This document shows positions 45,872 through 57,100 of a DNA stretch of 64,000 nt, one piece after another. The stretch is from positions 28,210,001 to 28,274,000 of the forward strand of contig CM022677.1 of NCBI GenBank assembly GCA_012295275.1, written 5' to 3'. Position 1 is the first letter of the stretch. Every line of letters begins with the position of its first letter. This DNA comes from Chrysomallon squamiferum (taxonomy: Eukaryota > Animalia > Mollusca). Made by a program: the position numbers and the translations under genes. The notes beneath the pieces are model-generated. The model made no database searches. It was not told the origin of the DNA and saw nothing but the letters and a program-made list of their open reading frames with translations.

Positions 45872-48800
45872 GATTTTTATTATTACAGATGTGTATCCAG
45901 AATGCAGTGAGGTGAATGTGTCATCTTGTAAACAGAATTTAAAATCAGATTTTCAAACTGCTCTGACAACACTAAACAACACTTTAATGTGCAGGTGAGA
46001 ACTTTGTACTGAGAACAATACTGAATTAGATAGTTCATACATAAACACAGCCATGTTGAAAAAAACTAAAGTGTAGTTAGTCCATACATAAACACAGTCA
46101 CGTTGTAAAAACTAAAGTGTAGTTAGTTTCATACATAAACACAGTCATGTTTTAAAAACTAAAGTGTAGTTAGTTTCATACATAAACACAGCCATGTTTT
46201 AAAAACTAAAGTGTAGTTAGTTTCATACATAAACACAGCCATGTTTTAAAAACTAAAGTGTAGTTAGTTTCATACATAAACACAGTCACATTGTAAAAAC
46301 TAAAGTGTAGTTAGTTTCATACATAAACACAGCCATGTTTTAAAAACTAAAATGTAGTTAGTTTCATACATAAACACAGCCATGTTTTAAAAACTAAAGT
46401 GTAGTTAGTTTCATACATAAACACAGTCATGTTGAAAAAACTAAAGTGTAGTTAGTCTATACATAAACACAGCCATGTTTTAAAAACTAAAGTGTAGTTA
46501 GTTTCATACATAAACACAGCCATGTTTTAAAAACTAAAGTGTAGTTAGTTTCATACATAAACACAGCCATGTTTTAAAAACTAAAGTGTAGTTAGTTTCA
46601 TACATAAACACAGCCATGTTTTAAAAACTAAAGTGTAGTTAGTTTCATACATAAACACAGCCATGTTTTAAAAACTAAAGTGTAGTTAGTTTCATACATA
46701 AACACAGTCATGTTTTAAAAACTAAAGTGTAGTTAGTTTCATACATAAACACAGTCACATTGTAAAAACTAAAGTGTAGTTAGTCCATACATAAACACAG
46801 TCATGTTTTAAAAACTAAAGTGTAGTTAGTTTCATACATAAACACAGTCACATTGTAAAAACTAAAGTGTAGTTAGTTTCATACATAAACACAGCCACAT
46901 TGTAAAAACTAAAGTGTAGTTAGTCCATACATAAACACAGTCATGTTTTAAAAACTAAAGTGTAGTTAGTTTCATACATAAACACAGCCACATTGTAAAA
47001 ACTAAAGTGTAGTTAGTTTCATACATAAACACAGCCATGTTTTAAAAACTAAAGTGTAGTTAGTTTCATACATAAACACAGCCATGTTTTAAAAACTAAA
47101 GTGTAGTTAGTCTATACATAAACACAGCCATGTTTTAAAAACTAAAGTGTAGTTAGTCTATACATAAACACAGCCATGTTTTAAAAACTAAAGTGTAGTG
47201 TTTTAAAAACTAAAGTGTAGTTAGTCCATACATAAACACAGCCATGTTTTAAAAACTAAAGTGTAGTTAGTCCATACATAAACACAGCCATGTTTTAAAA
47301 ACTAAAGTGTAGTTAGTTTCATACATAAACACAGTCATGTTTTAAAAACTAAAGTGTAGTTAGTTAGTTTCATACAGTTAGTTTCATACATAAACACAGC
47401 CATGTTTTAAAAACTAAAGTGTAGTTAGTCTATACATAAACACAGCCATGTTTTAAAAACTAAAGTGTAGTTAGTTTCATACATAAACACAGCCATGTTT
47501 TAAAAACTAAAGTGTAGTTAGTTTCATACATAAACACAGCCATGTTTTAAAAACTAAAGTGTAGTTAGTCCATACATAAACACAGCCATGTTTTAAAAAC
47601 TAAAGTGTAGTTAGTTTCATACATAAACACAGCCATGTTTTAAAAACTAAAGTGTAGTTAGTTTCATACATAAACACAGCCACATTTTAAAAAAAACTAA
47701 AAGTTGTGTTAGTTATGTTTCATACATAAACACAGCCATGTTTTAAAAACTAAAGTGTAGTTAGTTTCATACATAAACACAGCCATGTTTTAAAAACTAA
47801 AGTGTAGTTAGTCTATACATAAACACAGCCATGTTTTAAAAACTAAAGTGTAGTTAGTCCATACATAAACACAGTCACATTGTAAAAACTAAAGTGTAGT
47901 TAGTCCATACATAAACACAGTCATGTTTTAAAAACTAAAGTGTAGTTAGTCTATACATAAACACAGTCACATTGTAAAAACTAAAGTGTAGTTAGTTCAT
48001 ACATAAACACAGCCATGTTTTAAAAACTAAAGTGTAGTTAGTTTCATACATAAACACAGCCATGTTTTAAAAACTAAAGTGTAGTTAGTCTATACATAAA
48101 CACAGCCATGTTTTAAAAACTAAAGTGTAGTTAGTCCATACATAAACACAGCCATGTTTTAAAAACTAAAGTGTAGTTAGTCTATACATAAACACAGTCA
48201 CATTGTAAAAACTAAAGTGTAGTTAGTTCATACATAAACACAGCCATGTTTTAAAAACTAAAGTGTAGTTAGTCCATACATAAACACAGCCATGTTTTAA
48301 AAACTAAAGTGTAGTTAGTTTCATACATAAACACAGCCATGTTTTAAAAACTAAAGTGTAGTTAGTTCATACATAAACACAGCCATGTTGAAAAAAAACT
48401 AAAGTGTAGTTAGTCCATACATAAACACAGTCATGTTTTAAAAACTAAAGTGTAGTTAGTTCCATACGTATAAGTATATGCAGTAACTGTCTGTCTTTTT
48501 ACACATATATAAGTATATGCAGTAACTATTTGTCTTTTTACACATATATAAGTATATGCAGTAACTATCTGTCTTTTTACAGATATATAAGTATATGCAG
48601 TAACTGTCTGTCTTTTTACACATATATAAGTATATGCAGTAACTATCTGTCTTTTTACACATATATAAGTATATGCAGTAACTGTCTGTCGTTTTACACA
48701 TATATAAGTATATGCAGTAACTGTCTGTCGTTTTACACATATATAAGTATATGCAGTAACTGTCTGTCGTTTTACACATATATAAGTATATGCAGTAAAT

Positions 48801-50104
48801 GTCAGTCTATCCATCCCACTGTAAAAGTGTTTTTATTTTGTCAGTGCTGGAGACAATTTTCTTGGCTGTATGGAAAAGTCAGGTTGTTTTGATGATCAAA
48901 GTTCCAAACCAAAACTTGAAAGAATCAAATACAACATGAAACATGTTGGATGCAGTGAGTACTGATACTACTGACAATGTTTGTGTCCACCCCATATCAT
49001 TCAGCTACAATACCGCTGTATCACTATCACTATTTATCACTACCATTACTATTTCTATTGTCATTACCAGCTTTACCACATTTTACTATTACTATAATCC
49101 TGTTAGCAATAGCCAGTACATATAACACTATCACTATAATGTTTACAATAAACACAAATGTCACAATTATTATTATTATTCTGAAACAAACTACAAATAA
49201 TTTCACAACAGCTATTGCTGTTACTTACATGCTAACAGAACCATAATTAATCATTACCATGACTAATAGACTATTAATACTGTTACCATTACTAATACAC
49301 TATTAATACTGTTACCATTGCTAATACACTATTAATACTGTTACCATTGCTAATACACTATTAATATCATAACCATTGCTAATACACTATTAATACTGTT
49401 ACCATTGCTAATACACTATTAATATCATAACCATTGCTAATACACTATTAATACTGTTACCATTGCTAATACACTATTAATATCATAACCATTGCTAATA
49501 CACTATTAATATCATTACCATTGCTAATACACTATTAATATCATAACCATTGCTAATACACTATTAATATCATTACCATTACTAATACACTATTAATATC
49601 ATTACCATTACTAATACACTATTAACACTGTTACCATTACTAATAGACTATGAATACCACAAGTAATACACTATTAATATGCAGTATCCCCTGTTACCAT
49701 TACTAGCTGCATTATTATTAGTTAAGTGTAGTAAACTATTAGTAACAAGTGGTAATATTACTAGCATGCACTAGAACTACAACTATGAGTATTTAAGAGT
49801 TTTGATAGATGGTTAACATTAATTAAAAGAACAAAGTTTAGTTATTTTGGTGGTTTTTAATCAGATCTGACACCCAGGATATATGAAGAGTGCGACAATG
49901 AGGCTGCCAAATCATGTTTCACAGTTGCTAGCAGAAGCTTCATGCAGTTCAGAAGTGACGTAACAGACAGTGGAAAAGTTTTGACATGCAGGTAACAACA
50001 GACTATATGCATGTAACAAACACACACACACACACACACACTCAAACTTGGAAACATATAAACACATTTAAACTGACAGTTATATACTGAATACAAACAA
50101 CAAA

Positions 50105-50147
<43 letters not shown>

Positions 50148-50209
50148 AAACTTGGAAACATATAAACACATTTAAACTGACAGTTATATACTGAATACAA
50201 ACAACAAAC

Positions 50210-50258
<49 letters not shown>

Positions 50259-51571
50259 AAACTTGGAAACATATAAACACATTTAAACTGACAGTTATAT
50301 ACTGAATACAAACAACAAACACGTACACAGATTCACCCTCACAGACACATATACATGTGTGTGTGAGAGTGTGTGTATGTGTGAGAGTGTGTGTATGTGT
50401 GCATGTATGTTATATAAGCAACACAAAATACACACACACAAACATAGGCATATAATTAAAATAGCTATACTTTCTTTCAATTTATGCATTTGATAAATTC
50501 ACACAAATGTATTAAAAAGAGTTTCATATGTTGTTTTTTTTTGTGGGTTTGTTTTTACCACCTCTGTTATCTGGAGTTTCATATGTTAATTTTATTTTTG
50601 TTTTCTTAATTTTGTACTATATGAAGTATTTTTGTGGGTTTTTTTTTTACCTATACTACCTGTAGTTTGATGTGTGTTTTGTTTTTTTAATTTTGTACTA
50701 TATGAAGTATTTTTGTGGGGTTTTTTTACCTATACTACCTGTAGTTTGATGTGTGTTTTTGTTTTTTTAATTTTGTACTATATGAAGTATTTTTGTGGTT
50801 TTTTTACCTATACTACCTGTAGTTTGATGTGTGTTTTTGTTTTTTTAATTTTGTACTATATGAAGTATTTTTGTGGGTTTTTTTTACCTATGCTACCTGT
50901 AGTTTGTTGTTTTTGTTGTAAAGAGTTTGTTGTTTTTGTGTTTTCAGAGCTGGAGAAGTGTTAGTTAACTGTGCTACCTGTAGTTTGTTGTTTTTGTTGT
51001 AAAGAGTTTGTTGTTTTTGTTGTAAAGAGTTTGTTGTTTTTGTGTTTTCAGAGCTGGAGAAGTGTTAGTTAACTATGCTACCTGTAGTTTGTTGTTTTTG
51101 TTGTAAAGAGTTTGTTGTTTTTGTTGTAAAGAGTTTGTTGTTTTTGTGTTTTCAGAGCTGGAGAAGTGTTAGTTAACTGCCTGCAAGAAGTAGGATGCCT
51201 TGATGATCTTGTAACCCAGAGAAAGAGAGAAGCCTACTTTAACATTTTAAATATGTTTCAATGCAGTAAGTTTATCTATCCATCTGTACATATATCTGTC
51301 TGTCTGTGTAAATGTCTGTGTATGTGTTTGTGTGTGTGTTGAAACAGTTTTATTTCTCATATATAAATAAATAAAATATGGTGTTAAAATTGTGTATGTC
51401 TGTATTTGTGTGTGTGCATGTATGTGTTTGTGTTTGTGATACATTACTTTTACTTCTATGTAGACTTGTTTATAACTAATTAACGCTCTTTCTTTCTTAA
51501 TTAATTATTTAGATATCAAGATACCACAGCATCTGAAAATGACAGAGGAAAGAAGACAAAATAAAAAATAA
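18311..51571 (+). CDS. Gene C: secreted protein, signal peptide + 2 Ig-like + 12 tandem six-Cys modules (~1168 aa, 29 coding exons)
   Basis: Hand-spliced exons sum to 3507 nt with no internal stop. All GT-AG. Strict alternation of phase 1-2 (A) and 2-1 (B) exons. No TM or GPI tail seen. Confidence 0.88.
18756..19124 (+). CDS. Gene C Ig-like domain 1 exon (protein identical to gene A Ig1)
   Basis: tacag| ... CCAG|gtaaat; WTLKC ... DKGVYRC. Confidence 0.92.
19451..19819 (+). CDS. Gene C Ig-like domain 2 exon
   Basis: tgcag| ... CAAG|gttttt; WMLQC ... DSGVYRC; 369 nt. Confidence 0.9.
21072..21098 (+). CDS. Gene C 27-nt linker micro-exon (A)SRYRPTLS
   Basis: tttcag| ... CAG|gtaaac; phase 1-1 (skippable in frame). 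Confidence 0.65.
21315..21414 (+). CDS. Gene C module 1[34 protein letters not shown]
   Basis: tacag| ... AG|gtatct. Confidence 0.85.
21733..21842 (+). CDS. Gene C module 1[37 protein letters not shown]
   Basis: tacag| ... G|gtgagt. Confidence 0.85.
22345..22743 (+). repeat. ~66-bp repeat ending in the acceptor of exon 2A
   Basis: ...atattatttattaaag|gttt repeated ~6x. Confidence 0.85.
22740..22866 (+). CDS. Gene C module 2[42 protein letters not shown]
   Basis: taaag| (acceptor less certain) ... AG|gtaagt. Confidence 0.75.
23287..23390 (+). CDS. Gene C module 2[35 protein letters not shown]
   Basis: gatag| ... G|gtgagt. Confidence 0.85.
24060..24500 (+). mobile_element. Degenerate non-LTR retrotransposon (LINE) fragment, post-RT/RNase H region
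   Basis: Translations [48 protein letters not shown] and [12 protein letters not shown] (RNase H-like FTAE motif); frameshifted. Confidence 0.65.
24992..25091 (+). CDS. Gene C module 3[34 protein letters not shown]
   Basis: tgaag| ... AG|gttcgt. Confidence 0.8.
25330..25665. repeat. 60-bp minisatellite
   Basis: gtacattgtacctcagtataccacagtatt... Confidence 0.88.
25901..25998 (+). CDS. Gene C module 3[33 protein letters not shown]
   Basis: gtcag| ... T|gtaagt. Confidence 0.85.
26064..26245 (+). mobile_element. Possible tRNA-derived SINE
   Basis: A-box-like TGGTTGAACGG (26073) and B-box-like GTTCGAGTC (26127); CpG-rich island; short CATA tail. Confidence 0.45.
26655..26790 (+). CDS. Gene C module 4[45 protein letters not shown]
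   Basis: gttag| ... GT|gtaagt. Confidence 0.85.
26846..27245. repeat. 48-bp minisatellite
   Basis: aacgttaatgtaacgtgattccacacttttagtacctgcaccta. Confidence 0.9.
27424..27533 (+). CDS. Gene C module 4[37 protein letters not shown]
   Basis: tacag| ... G|gtgagt. Confidence 0.85.
28154..28277 (+). CDS. Gene C module 5[41 protein letters not shown]
   Basis: tgtag| ... CT|gtaagt. Confidence 0.85.
28931..29034 (+). CDS. Gene C module 5[35 protein letters not shown]
   Basis: tgcag| ... G|gtgagt. Confidence 0.85.
29517..29610 (+). CDS. Gene C module 6[31 protein letters not shown]
   Basis: actag| ... AA|gtaagt. Confidence 0.82.
29840..31280. repeat. Degenerate (GT)n/(GGGT)n tract
   Basis: Direct observation. 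Confidence 0.92.
31515..31621 (+). CDS. Gene C module 6[36 protein letters not shown]
   Basis: ttcag| ... A|gtaagt. Confidence 0.85.
32535..32643 (+). CDS. Gene C module 7[36 protein letters not shown]
   Basis: tgtag| ... AG|gtcagt. Confidence 0.85.
33095..33522. repeat. 47-bp minisatellite
   Basis: gttatgttaatgactgtagttaaacaactgcagtaagagtgaaaata. Confidence 0.92.
33622..39225 (+). repeat. 5.6-kb 60/64-bp satellite made of the acceptor + first 28 nt of exon 7B
   Basis: gagtcctgtattattttgtag|agctgtaaactctttcttcaagtgtctt; ~90 units. Confidence 0.95.
39198..39298 (+). CDS. Gene C module 7[34 protein letters not shown]
   Basis: tgtag| ... G|gtaaag; its first 28 nt form the last unit of the 5.6 kb satellite. 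Confidence 0.85.
39799..39898 (+). CDS. Gene C module 8[33 protein letters not shown]
   Basis: tacag| ... AC|gtaagt. Confidence 0.85.
40385..40494 (+). CDS. Gene C module 8[37 protein letters not shown]
   Basis: tacag| ... A|gtaagt. Confidence 0.85.
40500..40781. repeat. 70-bp tandem repeat, 4 copies, starting just after the donor of exon 8B
   Basis: Direct observation. Confidence 0.92.
40925..41400. repeat. ~45-bp minisatellite (block 1)
   Basis: tagtagaaatagttatatatacagctttgtgtacattagtaacat. Confidence 0.9.
41616..41715 (+). CDS. Gene C module 9[33 protein letters not shown]
   Basis: caaag| ... AG|gtaagt. Confidence 0.8.
41732..42252. repeat. 35-bp minisatellite
   Basis: tagactaggacactggttacagaagtcatttagta. 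Confidence 0.9.
42785..44065. repeat. ~45-bp minisatellite (block 2, same family as 40925-41400)
   Basis: Same unit. Confidence 0.9.
44239..44348 (+). CDS. Gene C module 9[37 protein letters not shown]
   Basis: cacag| ... G|gtatgt. Confidence 0.85.
44569..44695 (+). CDS. Gene C module 10[42 protein letters not shown]
   Basis: tacag| ... AG|gtaagc. Confidence 0.85.
44919..45025 (+). CDS. Gene C module 10[36 protein letters not shown]
   Basis: gacag| ... T|gtatgt. Confidence 0.85.
45044..45558. repeat. 57-bp minisatellite
   Basis: aaacttaactaacaagtgtgtaccctaatgatttgaggcagtgaatgat... Confidence 0.92.
45889..45994 (+). CDS. Gene C module 11[35 protein letters not shown]
   Basis: tacag| ... 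AG|gtgaga. Confidence 0.85.
46030..48467. repeat. 47-bp minisatellite
   Basis: catacataaacacagccatgttttaaaaactaaagtgtagttagttt. Confidence 0.95.
48470..48797. repeat. 39-bp minisatellite
   Basis: tataagtatatgcagtaactgtctgtc... Confidence 0.9.
48845..48954 (+). CDS. Gene C module 11[37 protein letters not shown]
   Basis: gtcag| ... A|gtgagt. Confidence 0.85.
49270..49660. repeat. 29-bp minisatellite
   Basis: ctaatacactattaatactgttaccattg. Confidence 0.9.
49865..49991 (+). CDS. Gene C module 12[42 protein letters not shown]
   Basis: atcag| ... AG|gtaaca. Confidence 0.85.
50890..51178 (+). repeat. 104-bp repeat containing acceptor + start of exon 12B (3 copies)
   Basis: tgtgttttcag|agctggagaagtgttagttaact. 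Confidence 0.9.
51156..51265 (+). CDS. Gene C module 12[37 protein letters not shown]
   Basis: ttcag| ... A|gtaagt. Confidence 0.85.
51513..51571 (+). CDS. Gene C putative terminal exon [18 protein letters not shown]
   Basis: tttag| acceptor, phase 1, TAA at 51569-51571. Confidence 0.6.
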
Positions 51572-51792
51572 ACAATTTTGATGTTAATTTTACAATCTTT
51601 CTTTTGTTATGAATATTTTTATCAGAGCATGACTAATATAATTTACCTCATAGTATAGTACTAATTTTAATTGCTTTACAATAACACACACACACACACA
51701 CACACATACATACAGACACATTCAAACACCTAGCACAATACATATTATGCACATGCACACATAGATACTAATGCATAGTTACATTCTCTTTG

Positions 51793-51826
<34 letters not shown>

Positions 51827-52445
51827 CAGTTGTTCTCAAATTTGTGTAATCTCCTTCATTCTTTGAATGTTTTTCTAAACAGAAATGTTAAATGTGGCTG
51901 TTTTGTTTGTTTTTATAGAATATATAATAATCAGTATTGAATAAATTTAATTTTGTTTGCTTTTACAGAATATATAATAATCAGAATAAAATTAATTATA
52001 TTCTTCTGAAGAGTGTTGATGTTATAATTTTATCACATCATTATCATATTTTTCTACTTTTTATTTTTTTTTGTATTTTAGTTTTTAACTATTTTTATAC
52101 ATAAAAAAGTTTTTCATTATGTACTTGTGGATGGTTACAGATCTGAATTTCACAGTACATGCCAGGTCTATAATGTTGTATTTATTATTAATTACATTTA
52201 TTTATTCATGAGTATAAGTGAACAATTTTATCCAATATGCATATAAAACTTGAGACAAAGCTGATACATAAAGCAAGCACAAAAAAAAAAAAAAAAAAAA
52301 AAAAATGGAAAACAAAAGTTTAAAAATCCTAAGTAATCCCTACTAGATTCCATCAGAATAATACACGATAGTGGAAATTTTAAACAAAAATATTTATAAA
52401 ACAAAGCGGGCCATAATGTTTTGTGTGTAAATGTGTGTTTGTTTG

Positions 52446-52495
<50 letters not shown>

Positions 52496-52617
52496 TATTT
52501 TAATCTATGATTGGTAATATTGAAAAGAGAAATAAAACCTGTTAGCTAGTTTTTTCAGTTACATTTATATCTGCACCATTTCTGAGGTATGAAAATATGT
52601 ACCATTACACCAAACAC

Positions 52618-52652
<35 letters not shown>

Positions 52653-52658
52653 ATGTAT

Positions 52659-52700
<42 letters not shown>

Positions 52701-53381
52701 AATAATAATAATAGCAATAACAATAACAAATAACTTCCTAACTAAACAATATCAATAAATAAACAAATAAACACATAAATACATAAATAAATAAATAAAT
52801 GAATAAATAAACAACAACAATAATAAAAAAAAATATAATATTGAGTATCAATTTGCAAGAGGCCTGGTTCCCTGAAATAACGACGTTTTTCTCCTTATTG
52901 ACAGACAGAACGTAATATAGATTCATAATTAAAATATAAACATTAAATTCAATATATATTGCGAGTTTTTTGTTTGTTTCTAGTTAGTATGTGCATACTG
53001 TAACATTCTTATCTTTTAACGTCTGAGTTGTCGTCGGTCGACATCCAAGATGTAGTAATAGCGGCAATGTTTTGTGCAGTTCATAAAGGAAACCATTGCG
53101 AAACGTTGGAGACAGGGTTGTTTATGTATGGCTAAAAGGTGTCTTATGAAAAAATACTTTTACCTATCTTAACTGTTAAAGCTTACCGCAAATATGCGAA
53201 CAAGAAGCATTCCTTAGTTTAAAAAAAAAAATAAATAAATAAATAAATAAAAAACCTTCCGTTAACAAAATCTTCACCATGTGACGTAACTTGTTTTGTT
53301 TTTGTTTTTTTTGTGGGGGGGTATTTCCTTTTTATTATTATTGCTATTTAACGAAGGTGCCTCAAAACCCATACCGAGTCG

Positions 53382-53454
<73 letters not shown>

Positions 53455-54005
53455 ACAACAAAAGTAATATATATGTGGAGGTGTATTATGACTTTATATA
53501 ATTTAAAAAGTCATAATGTCATAATAACAAAGTGATATATTTATTTTTAGGTTTAGAATTATTATTACTTTTTTCTTTTCATTTATTATAGAAATAATCG
53601 TTATTTTGTGTGTTACTGTTAATGTTGACAAAATTTGTTAAACATAGGCTATTAATAAAATTTGCACACACGATTACTAAATTTATTAATATATTATTGA
53701 TGATAGTGGCGGTTATTGTTTAGTAGTTTTGTTTACTAGAATTTTTAATTTTGTTTGAAACATATTAAAATTGATACAAAAATAATACATTTTAAGAATA
53801 AGTATGGTGTGAAACCACCATTAACAACACATGAATTTAGAGTTATCTGTTCGAACATTCTCGTATTTAGGACGACAACCTCCGAAAATACATAAAAACA
53901 ATTCTCGATTATACAGCTGGGAAGAGTATTTTGGAAACCATATCGACAAAGACTACATTGATGGAAACTATCCGGATATGGCAACTAGCTATTAAAGGAT
54001 TTAGA

Positions 54006-54102
54006 ATGTCGTCGACGTCCGTATCTCATTTACCATATTATGCTGAAGGAAAAGTTATTAAAGGGTTTGGAAGAGGCAGCAAAGAACTTGGAATACCTAC
54101 TG
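54006..54102 (+). CDS. RFK: RFK exon 1
   Basis: LPYYAEGKVIKGFGRGSKELGIPT; G|gtaaac. Confidence 0.93.
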
Positions 54103-57100
54103 GTAAACAAAAACGTATTATAACAATTTAAGACCTTTCCGATCATTTTTAATTTTTATGTTGATAACTAACTAACTAATATGTAATATATTATATATAA
54201 TATAGTCACTGTGTATTATATATTTGCATAGTGCAATATCTGGCGATCCTTAGGATTTAAAGAAAAATGTATTATACATGATTATATTTAATATTAGTAA
54301 AAAATTTACGGAACAAATATTACTGCTTGTAAATGGAAAGTTCGCTACATAATACCACTTGTTCTTTAAAAACAAATATTAATTGAGTTTTAATTTTTTG
54401 TATTTTTTATTATATATATGTAATGTCTTGTTGTGTTTTTAAATATTTAAAAAAAAATTTTAATCATAATAATAATTTTATTTATTTTTTTGTTTTCTTG
54501 GGGTTTTTTTTGTTTTTTTTTCAGCTAATTTTCCTGAGAGTGTTGTTGACAAACTTCCCGAAGACATTGCATGTGGTGTTTACTACGGCTGGGCCAGTGT
54601 CGACTACGGAGATGTACACAAGATGGTTATGAGCATCGGGTGGAATCCTTTTTTCAAAAATACAAAGAAGACTATGGTAATTATTAATAATATTAAAATA
54701 CCAAGAAGACTATTGTAATTGTTAATACTAAAATACAAAGAAGACTATGGTAATTATTAATAATAGTAAAATACAAAGAAGACTATGGTAATTATTAATA
54801 ATAGTAAAATACAAAGAAGACTGGTAATTATTAATAATACTAAAATACTTGTTTATTATATTAAAATTGTGTTCTTGGAATTTAATTTTAAGAAGAAAAA
54901 AACCTACTCTTTGATTGTAAGTTATTGATGTGTATGTATATATCCTGGAAACATTTATCTCGCATGCTTTAGACTGGAGATGGCTTAGATTTTTTGATTG
55001 GCCAGATTTTTACATAATATAAAATATAAAATGCAGAATGAAACTAGAAAACAAATTAATACACTTCTGAAGCAGGATTTTAAGCTTTGTTAATGCACTT
55101 TAAATGGTAAAAATACCTATATAGAATATGTAATGGTATAGGTTGAAAATTATTATTAAAAATATAAATTTCATTATGAAATAAAGTTAGAAATTAAGAT
55201 GTTTCTAGTTATAAAAGCCTGTACCTTTGTGACATGTGAGTGTTAACCAGCTGCTGTCTGTTTACGCTTTACTTTGATGGACGTCTGAACAGATTCATGT
55301 TTTGTTTCCTTTATTCTCAGGAAACGCACATACTCAGTGTTTTCAAAGAAGATTTCTATGGCAGTCTTCTGAAGATTGTCATGTTGGGATACATTCGACC
55401 AATGAGTACTTTTAAGTCTCTAGGTAAATCTATTTTTAATCATGTTTATATTGTTCTCTAAACAAATGTGATAAGTAAATGACATTTAGTTGTTACAAGT
55501 TATCAAATTACAATTTTTTTTTAAACCCACTTTGTTAATTACAATAAACCTCGCCTTAGTCACCTGCTTTTTACTTGTCAAATCTGAGTTGTCACCTGAG
55601 GCTTGGTCACAGTTAACACAAACCACAGTTAATTTATGAGAGGTATGTGTAAGACTTCATTATAAGAGGTATGGTTAAGTCATCATTATGAGAGTTATGG
55701 TTAAGTCATCATTATGAGAGATATGTGTAAGAGTTCATTATGAGAGGTATGTGTAAGACTTCATTATGAGAGTTATGTGTAAGACTTCATTATAAGAGTT
55801 ATGTGTAAGACTTCATTATAAGAGTTATGTGTAAGACTTCATTATGAGAGGTATGTGTAATACATAATTATGAGAGATATGTGTAAGAGTTCATTATGAG
55901 AGTTATGTGTAAGACATCATTATGAGAGTTATGTGTAAGACTTCATTATGAGAGGTATGTGTAATACATAATTATGAGAGTTATGTGTAAGACTTCATTA
56001 TGAGAGGTATGTGTAAGACATTATTATGAGAGTTATGTGTAAGACATCATTATGAGAGTTATGTGTAAGACATCATTATGAGAGTTCATTATGAGAGGTA
56101 TGTGTAAGACTTCATTATGAGAGGTATGTATAAGACTTCATTATGAGAGTTATGTGTAAGACATTATTATGAGAGTTATGTGTAAGACTTCATTATGAGA
56201 GTTATGTGTAAGACATCATTATAAGACTTCATTATGAGAGTTATGTGTAAGTCTTCATTATGAGAGGTATGTGTAAGACTTCATTATAAGACTTCATTAT
56301 GAGAGGTATGTGTAAGACTTCATTATAAGACTTCATTATGAGAGTTATGTGTAAGACTTCATTATAAGACTTCATTATGAGAGGTATGTGTAAGACTTCA
56401 TTATAAGACTTCATTATGAGAGGTATGTGTAAGACATCATTATGAGAGGTATGTGTAAGACTTCATTATGAGAGTTATGTGTAAGACTTCATTATGAGAG
56501 GTATGTGTAAGACTTCATTATGAGAGGTATGTGTAAGACTTCATTATGAGAGTTATGTGTAAGACTTCATTCATTATGAGAGGTATGTGTAAGACTTCAT
56601 TATGAGAGTTATGTGTAAGACTTCATTCATTATGAGAGGTATGTGTAAGACTTCATTATGAGAGGTATGTGTAAGACTTCATTCATTATGAGAGGTATGT
56701 GTAAGACTTCATTATGAGAGTTATGTGTAAGACTTCATTATGAGAGTTATGTGTAAGACTTCATTATGAGAGTTATGTGTAAGACTTCATTATGAGAGGT
56801 ATGTGTAAGACATCATTATGAGACTTCATTATGAGAGTTATGTGTAAGACTTCATTATGAGAGGTATGTGTAAGACATCATTATGAGAGGTATGTGTAAG
56901 ACTTCATTATGAGAGGTATGTGTAAGACTTCATTATGAGAGTTATGTGTAAGACATCATTATGAGAGGTATGTGTAAGACATCATTATGAGAGTTATGTG
57001 TAAGACTTCATTCATTATGAGAGGTATGTGTAAGACATCATTATGAGAGTTATGTGTAAGACATCATTATGAGAGTTATGTGTAAGACATCATTATGAGA

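Noticed and set aside
18311-51571. Calling gene C a FREP or Dscam
   Set aside because: No fibrinogen, lectin or FN3 domain and no arrays of alternative Ig exons; the analogy is architectural only.
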